Shown here piece after piece: positions 10,773 through 19,332 of a DNA stretch of 64,000 nucleotides. The translations under genes and the position numbers were made by a program. Position 1 is the stretch's first letter. The number at the start of each line of letters is the position of its first letter. The notes under the pieces are model-generated. The model saw nothing but the letters and a program-made list of their open reading frames with translations, was not told the origin of the DNA and did no database searches. The DNA lies in the IMG/VR virus record IMGVR_UViG_2582581260_000003. One strand, 5' to 3'. Origin of the DNA: a virus.

Positions 10773-11531
10773 TTAATTAGTTTCTTCTAACCATTCTTTA
10801 GTTTCTTTTATTCTGTAAGAGTCTCCATTCATGTTTATTACATAAGATTTATGAGTTAATCTGTCTATTAATGCAGCTGTTAAAACTTCATCATTAAATA
10901 CCTCGTTCCATCTATCAAATGATAAATTTGTAGTGATTATTGTCGATTTCCTCTCTGCCCGAAGGGAGAGAAATGTAAATAGTAGTTCACTCCCTTCTTT
11001 ATCAAAAGAAATATATCCTAGTTCATCTGCTATGATTAAGTCATATTTCTCAAACCTTTTTTCAAATGTATATAATTTCTTCTCGCTCCTAGATTCTTTT
11101 AATTCATTTATTAAGGATGGTACTGTTGCAAAGTATACTTTATATCCTTTATTACAAGCTTCTATTCCAAGTCCTATTGATAGATGGGTCTTACCTGTTC
11201 CAAGATTACCTGCTAGTATTATATTTCTACCTTCATCAATAAAACTAAGGGTTTTAAGCTCTTTAAACCTTCTTTTACAATCTTGTGGAAGGTAATCCAC
11301 TCTTAGTTCATCTATATACTTTTTATATGGGAACTTAGCATTTCTAATCCTATTTTTCCTACCATTTTCTTTCCTAACATCATAAGCTTCTATTAAAATA
11401 TCTCTTAAGAATTCTTCATATGGTTTATCAAATTTGTATGCTTCTTCAATATGCATTTTCAAACCTTGACTTATACCTGGTATCTTTAACTCTGATACAT
11501 ATTTTTTTATTTCTGATATTATTTCACTCAA
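10773..11531 (-). CDS. istB: IS21 helper ATPase IstB
   Basis: GNLGTGKTHL, LIIADELGY, TTNLSFDRW and ALIDRLTH motifs. Confidence 0.95.
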   Translation of the reverse strand: MSEIISEIKKYVSELKIPGISQGLKMHIEEAYKFDKPYEEFLRDILIEAYDVRKENGRKNRIRNAKFPYKKYIDELRVDYLPQDCKRRFKELKTLSFIDEGRNIILAGNLGTGKTHLSIGLGIEACNKGYKVYFATVPSLINELKESRSEKKLYTFEKRFEKYDLIIADELGYISFDKEGSELLFTFLSLRAERKSTIITTNLSFDRWNEVFNDEVLTAALIDRLTHKSYVINMNGDSYRIKETKEWLEETN

Positions 11532-13117
11532 TTTTTATACCTCCCCGCTGGATTTAAATTAAACATCTCATTTAATATTGCAATCTGCTTTATAGATGCC
11601 TTTTGTATTGATAAATCTTTAGTTTTTGAAGTTGTGTTATCCATTGGGAGTTTGAAAATTATATTTTTAATATTATCTGTTGTAACCAATTCTTTCTTAA
11701 TTTTTTTCAATTCAGCTATAGCTTCTACCACGCTTTTTAAATTCTTTTCTTTAATTAGTTCTAAAAGCTCTATAAAATCTCGTGGATTATTGATATAATA
11801 TTCTTGATATATTTCTTGAAGCTCTGGGCTAAGCTGGTGTCTGCCGACACTAGAATGTAATGCTCCAGGCTTCTTTTTTAATGTATGAATAAAATGATTT
11901 ATATCAACAGTCCAGTAATGCGATTGATACGACCTTTTATGTTCGGCTACTTTATTATCCTTGTAATATATTTCTATTGTGTCTGGATATACTTTAACGT
12001 TTACAAATTTGCCTACTAGATAATCTGGTACTGAATATTTATTTTGATCAATATTTACTACACTATATTTATTTACTCTTGCTTCAACTCTCCTTGAGGC
12101 ATCACAGGATGATTTTAAAGGTATGAGATAGGGCATTTCCTGCTTCAGTATATCAATAATGGGGCTTTGATTTTGGAGCCAATTTCTTTTCTTTGAATTA
12201 AGCTCTAACAATTTTTCCTTTAGATAAGTATTTGCTTCTTTAACTGTGTCAAAGTCAGTTCTACTAGAAAATGCCTTCCTTCTAACAAATTCAATACCTT
12301 TTTCTACATGTCCTTTCTCATTTCCTCTAGCTACATTGCAAAACCTATATTTAAACCCATAGTAGAGCGATATTTTTATTAAGTCTTCTGTTGCTTCCTT
12401 TTCATTTCTTCCAACAAATTTTCTTACAGCTTGCTTCAGATTATCATAAACTAGTTCTCTGTGAACTCCACCTATGTTATTAAAAGCCCTTACATGAACA
12501 TCTAAAAAGTTTTCCATTTTTTGATTCTGATAAAGTCTTGCATAATGATATGAGCTTTTAGCTGTAGTTAGTAAACCCATTTGCAATGTAGTAGGTTTTC
12601 CTGCTATTGTAAGTTTTACTTCACCCCAATCAAACTCTAATGTTTCTCCTAAATTATATTCCTGCCTGATGAAGGCCTCTTTCCTCTCATGATTTTCTCT
12701 GATGTAGTTACAAACTGTAGGATAACTAATATCAAATCCCATTTCGACTAGCTTTTCATGTATGTCAATCTTTTTCATTAACTGCTTGGTTCTACCAAGG
12801 AGCCCATTTTTCTCATTTTGTTCTAATAATTCATTTATTTTATCTATTATCTCATCTGTTAACTTAGTCCTAGTTCTACTACTTGTATCATACTTAGGTT
12901 TAGAAGTCATTTCTTCAATTAGAAGTAGTATTTTACTTCTATCTTTTTCTTCATCTTTATCCAAATCCTCTAAAAGTTCAAGTTTAGATTTAAATTCATT
13001 GATATATTTTGCTACTGTAGATCTTGACATTTTAAGGTCTCTACTAATTGCTCTTTGTGATTTATTTTCCCTAAAATACTGCATTAGTATTTCGGCCTTC
13101 TTATCCAAACCTATCAC
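11528..13117 (-). CDS. istA: IS21 transposase IstA
   Basis: N-terminal HTH, FDWGE, YDNLK, GNEKGHVE (DDE). Overlaps the istB start. Confidence 0.95.
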   Translation of the reverse strand: MIGLDKKAEILMQYFRENKSQRAISRDLKMSRSTVAKYINEFKSKLELLEDLDKDEEKDRSKILLLIEEMTSKPKYDTSSRTRTKLTDEIIDKINELLEQNEKNGLLGRTKQLMKKIDIHEKLVEMGFDISYPTVCNYIRENHERKEAFIRQEYNLGETLEFDWGEVKLTIAGKPTTLQMGLLTTAKSSYHYARLYQNQKMENFLDVHVRAFNNIGGVHRELVYDNLKQAVRKFVGRNEKEATEDLIKISLYYGFKYRFCNVARGNEKGHVEKGIEFVRRKAFSSRTDFDTVKEANTYLKEKLLELNSKKRNWLQNQSPIIDILKQEMPYLIPLKSSCDASRRVEARVNKYSVVNIDQNKYSVPDYLVGKFVNVKVYPDTIEIYYKDNKVAEHKRSYQSHYWTVDINHFIHTLKKKPGALHSSVGRHQLSPELQEIYQEYYINNPRDFIELLELIKEKNLKSVVEAIAELKKIKKELVTTDNIKNIIFKLPMDNTTSKTKDLSIQKASIKQIAILNEMFNLNPAGRYKN

Positions 13118-13582
13118 CCTCCATCTCCCCCTTAAAAAGATATGCTTAAGGGGAATTATATTTTAAGGTGGCTTGGTTTTCAATTATTATGGTGGCCTAC
13201 TTTTAAAGTATCATAAACAAACGTCATTTGTTCTTTACTATTAAATTTAGATTTAAAAATATTCCCGTTTATTTCTATCATTTTATAATACTCTCGACTA
13301 TTATGATTTTTATTATAATAAAACATAATACCTCTCAAAATAAATAGTTTGGCTTGCTTAATCTTCTTTCAGATTTACATCATCAAGATCTGTCTAATGC
13401 CTTATATTAACAATTATCATATCATAAACTATTTAGCAATAGAATATCTAATTAGCATACCATGCACAATCATTTGATATACTCCAAATACCTCCATTTT
13501 TCTTATAAAGCAAAATACAGTTATTCCGAGATAGAAATTTTTCTTTATATTTTTTCCTATTATTCATATTTCCAAAAACAAG

Positions 13583-13618
13583 AAAGGCATTGAATGTTAT
13601 CTGTCCATTCAATGCCTT
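13583..13618 (-). terminator. Rho-independent terminator downstream of the rlmD tail
   Basis: AAGGCATTGAATG-N9-CATTCAATGCCTT hairpin. A degenerate homolog lies at ~19035-19070. Confidence 0.7.
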
Positions 13619-13640
13619 AAACCCTTGCTATTACCTTATT

Positions 13641-13726
13641 CTATAGTCTTTCTATCTTCACGATTGCCTCAACGTGCCTTGAGGTGACAATAAAGATGTC
13701 ATAGGTTTATATTAATCCCTTGGTGG
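13641..13726 (-). repeat. attR-like junction 2: arm plus rlmD 3' tail HVEAIVKIERL*
   Basis: 13641-13676 translates HVEAIVKIERL*. Arm CCTTGAGGTGACAATAAAGATGTC...CCCTTGGTGG. Confidence 0.85.
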
Positions 13727-13893
13727 AATTTTAGACTTCAATATATTTTCATAATCAAACAATTTATTTTCACATGTTTTTCTCTACTAACATTTTACTA
13801 ATATCATAAAGTAATGAATATTTTGTATTATTACATATATTTATAAATATTATAAACACCTTTAAAAATATATTTTTTACTAAAAAGTAAATA

Positions 13894-16155
13894 TTATATC
13901 CCTTTTTCTTTAGCTGATGAAATCAAATGTCCAAATGGAACTAATATATTATTAGCAAAATTATAAATTTCTTCAACATTTAGAATTGGTACTGGATTAT
14001 GTGTAACATAATTAAATGTATTTGAAGTTGATTTAGCATTATCTTTCCAATGATTCAATAAATTTTTCAAGGCATCCCTTCCTCTAAATTCTTTATGTAG
14101 TTCTTCAATATCTGTTTTTTTAGGGTCATTCCTTCTAATTTCAATTCTATCTATAAAGCTATCCATTACATTCTCAAAATTTTCGGCTAAATTACCTGTC
14201 AACATTAATCCAGTATATCTACACTCTTTTTTTACTAAATCTTCCAGTACTACTCTCAATGATATTGCTGATAATAATGGATAACATTTATAGTCAATAT
14301 TTGCTACTTCCATTGCAATACTATGTAATTCATCCAAATAAAGATCACCTACTACAACATCCGTGTCATTAAATATTTCCCCTTTTTTCTTATGAACTTT
14401 TTTTCTTTTCGCAACTATAATACTCAACTCTTCTTTTCGTGAACGTTCTAAAGCTCTGAAATAAGAAATAACAAATTTACCAGGTTCATCTGCCTCAAAA
14501 ATATGATTATTTATGTTGCAAGCCTTACTAACTGTATACAAAGTATTTTTAGGGGTAACACCATCATGAACTACTTTAGAGTCATAGATATTCCATGTTT
14601 GTCCATATTTTAGAGTTTTTTGTTTTTGTTTTAAAATTTTTTCTTCTGAGTTTTCCCCTTGGTCACCTAATATACCTTCTTCTGTGCCTTCCTCCGATCC
14701 GCCTGATGTACCTTCTTCTGAACCTTCCTCCGATCCGCCTGATGTACCTTCTTCTGAACCTTCCTCCGATCCGCCTGATATACCTTCTTCTGAACCTTCC
14801 TCTGATCCACCTGATGTACCTTCTTTTGAACCTTCCTCTGGTCCACCTGATGCAACTTCTTCTGAACCTTCCTCTGGTCCACCTGATGTATTCTCTTGCT
14901 CAGTAAAATTACTTGAGCGCATAACAACATTAATATTAATTGCTAAGTAAGTAATAAAATTTCTAATTCCAAGCATTATATTCTCAAGTGCTGTTGATTC
15001 TAAAAAGCCACCACGTTCATCAGATATCTCTATTTCTTCTGTATTTTCATCAAAGTCTACAAAATTAACATAACCTAAAACGTTTCTTAACTTAAAAGCA
15101 CTTGAAACATAATTATCACTTATATTACTTAACCCTAACCAATCGAATTCTGAGTTTAAATAGTCGTACAACGCATATTTATTCACGTATAGCTTAACAC
15201 CAAACCCGAATTCCTTTACTTTATCAGCCTTAGGTCCTTCTTCTATCCAGTATTCACCTTCAAAAGAAGGCCATGAATCAATAATTTGATTAATCTCTTC
15301 ATCTATCTGATAATTTAATTTTTTTGCCCCTCTATTAGAATAATCAAATCTATAATGTTCTTGAATACAATCGTAAATAGTTTCATTTGATTTTGTAAGA
15401 TCTAATATTAAATTTTCTCCATTAATCTTTTTTCTTTTTTTTTCTCTTTCGGGATCGACTTCTTCTTTAAATGCAACATATTGAAAATTTAATTTTCGAG
15501 TCGTCTTATCATAACTAAAATTCACTTTAATTTTATGATTAACTACATTCTTAATTTCACTAAGATTTTCGACTTCTTGTCCATCTATTAATAATTTAAT
15601 TTCAGGTAAATTTGATTTGGAGTTATATAGTCCTAAAGAAACAAATTGGAATTTTTTCATCTCTTTTTCCTTTAATAAGTGATTCAATCTCTTTTTATTT
15701 AGTTTATGAATAGTTATTTTCGTCCCTGTTTCTCCAGTTGTAGATATCTCTTCAATTATAGGAATTGCATCTCTAAACCACTTTACGGAATAACTAAAAT
15801 TTGAGTTCTCAGTAATTATCTCAATTTCGTCTCCTAAAAAGAATGCTGAAAACAATCCCAATCCCTTGCTTCCCGCAAAAAACTCATTGTGATCATTAGT
15901 TAAATTTCCATTCCTTTTTTTATTTGAGTAGTAAATCCTGTGTAAGTATTGAATATCATTATCGCTAAATCCTTTGCCATTATCCTTAACACTTATTTTC
16001 ATTTGTTCTTTGCTTATATCTACTATTACTTCTTTAGCTCCTGCATCGGCTCCATTTTTAACTAATTCTGCTATTGAAACTAAAGGACTTTTTACACTTG
16101 CCGCCAACTTAATAATATCTTCTACTGCCGCGAATTCAGAATTTACATTTACCAT
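13894..16155 (-). CDS. GHKL/MORC-like ATPase with acidic repeat linker and possible HEPN-like C-terminal domain
   Basis: ELVKNGADA, VKDNGKGF, GSKGLGLFS and GTKITI (GHKL motifs). C-terminal LLSAISLRVVLE...FNYVTHNP. Confidence 0.8.
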   Translation of the reverse strand: MVNVNSEFAAVEDIIKLAASVKSPLVSIAELVKNGADAGAKEVIVDISKEQMKISVKDNGKGFSDNDIQYLHRIYYSNKKRNGNLTNDHNEFFAGSKGLGLFSAFFLGDEIEIITENSNFSYSVKWFRDAIPIIEEISTTGETGTKITIHKLNKKRLNHLLKEKEMKKFQFVSLGLYNSKSNLPEIKLLIDGQEVENLSEIKNVVNHKIKVNFSYDKTTRKLNFQYVAFKEEVDPEREKKRKKINGENLILDLTKSNETIYDCIQEHYRFDYSNRGAKKLNYQIDEEINQIIDSWPSFEGEYWIEEGPKADKVKEFGFGVKLYVNKYALYDYLNSEFDWLGLSNISDNYVSSAFKLRNVLGYVNFVDFDENTEEIEISDERGGFLESTALENIMLGIRNFITYLAININVVMRSSNFTEQENTSGGPEEGSEEVASGGPEEGSKEGTSGGSEEGSEEGISGGSEEGSEEGTSGGSEEGSEEGTSGGSEEGTEEGILGDQGENSEEKILKQKQKTLKYGQTWNIYDSKVVHDGVTPKNTLYTVSKACNINNHIFEADEPGKFVISYFRALERSRKEELSIIVAKRKKVHKKKGEIFNDTDVVVGDLYLDELHSIAMEVANIDYKCYPLLSAISLRVVLEDLVKKECRYTGLMLTGNLAENFENVMDSFIDRIEIRRNDPKKTDIEELHKEFRGRDALKNLLNHWKDNAKSTSNTFNYVTHNPVPILNVEEIYNFANNILVPFGHLISSAKEKGI
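14677..14890. repeat. Six tandem 36-bp repeats encoding GTSGGSEEGSEE
   Basis: Unit TTCTTCTGAACCTTCCTCCGATCCGCCTGATGTACC occurs about six times with variants. Confidence 0.95.
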
Positions 16156-16156
16156 A

Positions 16157-17449
16157 CTATTGCTCCTTTCTAAAAACTAAAATTGTCTCTTGAGACATAG
16201 ACTTTACAGATCCTCGTCCCTTTAAATTAGACACTCTCGAAGGCATACGCTTATTATGAATATTTCGTTTCACATCTGTTATTAAAGCAAAGCCATACTT
16301 TTCCAAGAACTCCTGAGTAATTTTATCTAATGAAATTATTTCACCATCAACTGTTCGATTTCCTAAGGTCAACATTAAAATTCCTTTCTTTTTTAATGTA
16401 CCAATAATTGCAATAAGAGCTTCGAAATAATCTTGAAAAAAAGATTTAATTTTATTTTGTTTACTCTCAGAGACACAATTTAAAACCTGATTTAATGATA
16501 AAATATCCCATTCTAATATAGTGTTACTTTTTCCACCTAGACTCAAATAATCAATTTTAGAAAATGTCGTTAATATATCTGGATGTGGAATATCTAAATC
16601 CTTTTTATCTATCCACAACAAAGATAATATTGAAAACTGTCCATATGTAACGGTAGTAGCATTATCACCGTAAGGTGGAGATGTACAAATTAAATCTATA
16701 CTTTCCTTTTTTATTTCAGAGCAAGCCTCTCTCACATCTTTTGTGATTAATCTATGACTAACATTATAATTATAGTTCGGAAGATCCTTAAATCTTTCAT
16801 TGATTTCTAAGATGAAGTCTTCAATTACATTGTTAATAATCAATTTTATATCTTCTTCTTTTTTCACATGTAGCTTAAAAGTTGATTTTCGTGAGTTTTT
16901 ATATTTATAGATAATATTAGAAAAACAAAGCCAATAATATCTTCTTGTTATATAGTCTTCTTCTTTAGATATAGCAGTTTTTATTTTACTTAGGTCTTCA
17001 ATTATATCTCCTCTAAACCACTTTTTTATGTTCCTGAAATCATGTAACATATAATTTTCATTTAAACGTTGCTCTAGAATAGAGTTTTTGGTTTTAATAA
17101 CTGAACGGTCTATGCCAGTAAGCTTCACATCAGTAAGTAGATTAGCTAATGGATTTATATCAATTCCTATTGTTTCTAACAACAACTTTTTACCCACGAC
17201 TAAAGTTGTTCCAGAACCATGAAAAGGATCCAATATATTCTCTATTGATTTTTCTACTTTTAAAATATCGTTTAATACTTTCTCTTGCATGGGTGCAACC
17301 ATCATAGCTGGATATTTAGCAACGCCGTGAATCCCATTTTGTTTAAATTCTTTGAAATCCAAACTACCTTCTCTGTAATTTAATTGTTGTTGTAATAATT
17401 CCATTTCAAACCCCCGATTTAAATTATTCCTATAATAATATCTTTTCAT
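16157..17449 (-). CDS. DNA methyltransferase, probably N4-cytosine (SPPY, motif I before motif IV); likely start 17404
   Basis: HGVAKYPAMM, LDPFHGSGTT, GIDINP and ICTSPPYGD. GGGGG RBS precedes the ATG at 17404. Confidence 0.85.
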   Translation of the reverse strand: MKRYYYRNNLNRGFEMELLQQQLNYREGSLDFKEFKQNGIHGVAKYPAMMVAPMQEKVLNDILKVEKSIENILDPFHGSGTTLVVGKKLLLETIGIDINPLANLLTDVKLTGIDRSVIKTKNSILEQRLNENYMLHDFRNIKKWFRGDIIEDLSKIKTAISKEEDYITRRYYWLCFSNIIYKYKNSRKSTFKLHVKKEEDIKLIINNVIEDFILEINERFKDLPNYNYNVSHRLITKDVREACSEIKKESIDLICTSPPYGDNATTVTYGQFSILSLLWIDKKDLDIPHPDILTTFSKIDYLSLGGKSNTILEWDILSLNQVLNCVSESKQNKIKSFFQDYFEALIAIIGTLKKKGILMLTLGNRTVDGEIISLDKITQEFLEKYGFALITDVKRNIHNKRMPSRVSNLKGRGSVKSMSQETILVFRKEQ

Positions 17450-17503
17450 TTGTATATTATAATATTAACTAACAACCTTTATTTTTGCAGGTTGTATTAT
17501 TTT

Positions 17504-17790
17504 TGTAATTGTTAATTGAAAATTAGGACACATTCTAATCGAAAACTAGACCACTAAGAATAAAAAACTAATAAGTTGTATATATCATTATTTATTTTCT
17601 TTTATCCTATAAGAACCTCCATCATATTTATTACAAAGGGTAAATTCGTAGTAATTATTGTTGATTTCCTCTCTTCCTAAAAAGAAATAAATGTAAATAA
17701 TAATTCCCTCTCTTCTTTATCAAAAGAAATATATCCTAATTCATCTGCTATGATTAAACCATATTTCCTAAACCTCTTTTCATATGAAAT
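17504..17790 (-). pseudogene. Degraded IS21 end with istB 3' remnant
   Basis: TGTAATTGTTAATTGAAAATTAGGAC...ATCGAAAACTAGACCACT matches the IS end at 10709. YEKRFRKYGLIIADELGYISFDKEERELLFTF matches IstB. Confidence 0.85.
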
Positions 17791-18687
17791 CCTGCTTGCA
17801 TAATCCAATAAATCCACTTTACATCTTCTATGCGTTTCTATTACCCAATCTGAAATTACATTATCAAGTTCTTTCATGTCGGACATAATGAGTTCCTCTG
17901 TTTGGGTTTATCCATATTCCTTTGATATTATTATTACTTAATAATTCTTCAGTTACAGCAACTACTAATTTCTTTTTGTGGACATACTCCACAACCTTTA
18001 AGTCATCCTATTATAAATAAAATAATTCTATATCTTCAATTTCTTCATATGCCTTGGACATTAAATTATATATACGTTTTTTGTTTGACCAATAATAAGA
18101 AACTATAAATTCATAAGTTGTTGGAAAATTTTCAATTATCTTTTCTTTAAAATTATCAATTATTTACTGTGGTTTAATCTGCTTATAGCTATAATCTTCC
18201 AAGTTTAAGTCCTCATTAAAACACTCCTTAACATGTTGAAAAACCTCTTCCATATTTCTCGAATGTTTCTGAAAATCAAATTTATCCGGTTTATCTTTTT
18301 TCTTTCTTTAAACAATATAATCTTCAATTGTTAATATGATAATAGATCCCTAATATTTACCTTATACAATCTAAATTAATACTCTATTCAATGATTCAAA
18401 TATATCTTCTAACAACTCTAACAAGTTGATTAGATTTTCAAGCTAAAATTTTCCAGTATCTTTTTACCACTATCTCATGATGTTATTATAATTTTATAGT
18501 ATATTCCATCTTTTCTCAACCTATAATTCCATTATTCATCAAATATAAAGGTTATATTTACTACTGATTTATATTAAATACCCAACGCCAAAACAATTAT
18601 CTCCATCTGAGGACTCTAGCATTAATATATTCTTATTGATATCATAGCGGTAACCCACCTTATTTCCTAGTTACTACCCCTATCCCC

Positions 18688-18955
18688 TTAATTATAATAA
18701 TCCTCCATCTGTTCCATCACCCTCCCTAATTCAAACTGCATTTATAGTCTTTCTCCTTTGTTTACCCTAATAGTTTTAATCAATCTTCTTACTAAATCTT
18801 TATCAAATTCTCTTACTTGTGGTTATACAGCCCTTAAAGTTTTATCCATTTCTATTAGTTTTCCTTCGTATCTATTAGCTTACTTTTTCTTTTGTACGAG
18901 CCTTAATTTTGCCTTTTAAAGCTGATTTATCTTTTCTGATATACTCTTTTAATCC
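18688..18955 (-). pseudogene. Remnant 3' end of a serine recombinase homologous to 33271-34923
   Basis: Translates ...PQVREFDKDLVRRLIKTIRVNKGERL*MQFELGRVMEQMEDYYN*, against PQVREFDEELVRRLIKTIKVKKGERLEIQFESGIVMEQTADYYE*. The downstream hairpin region (18605-18680) also resembles 33185-33265. Confidence 0.9.
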
Positions 18956-19090
18956 TTTGTCCCTTACTTCAGTTAGACTCACCAGTCATCACCATTAATT
19001 TATAAATCCAGTAGATATGTTCCCACAAATAAAAAAACATTGAATGTAATCTACACATCCAATGGCTTAAACTATTGCTATTACTATATT

Positions 19091-19176
19091 TTATTGTCTT
19101 TCAAGCTTAACTACACACTCCACACGCCTTTAGAGTACAATAATGATGTCATGTGAATCCATCTGGACCTTGTCGG
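19091..19176 (-). repeat. attR-like junction 3: arm plus rlmD 3' tail RVECVVKLERQ*
   Basis: 19091-19126 translates RVECVVKLERQ*. Arm CCTTTAGAGTACAATAATGATGTC...ACCTTGTCGG. Confidence 0.8.
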
Positions 19177-19332
19177 ATGTTTCAAACACTATAGTATTAA
19201 AAGTTAAACGGGCTTATTATCTCGTCATTAAATGCCATTAACTTACTTCGACTTAAAAGGAAAAACTTAATTATTATCTTTAGAAAAAGTTCATTTAAAA
19301 ACTGCTTATCGCAAAAAGTACCTTTAGCTTTA

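Larger units (their letters stand above)
10709..13219 (-). mobile_element. IS21-family insertion sequence, intact
   Basis: TG...CA ends with imperfect ~50-bp IRs (TGTATTTGTCAATTGAAATTTAGGCCA.. vs revcomp TGTTTATGATACTTTAAAAGTAGGCCA..). 5-bp target duplication AACGT at 10704-10708 and 13220-13224. Encodes istA and istB. Confidence 0.95.

Noticed and set aside
14595..14950. Three short overlapping ORFs with repetitive sequence, and a possible CRISPR array
   Set aside because: These are alternative frames of the 36-bp coding repeat. The units are contiguous with no unique spacers and there are no cas genes.
17800..18350. Decayed reading frame upstream of the istB remnant
   Set aside because: Multiple stops and no recognisable motif, so it cannot be assigned.
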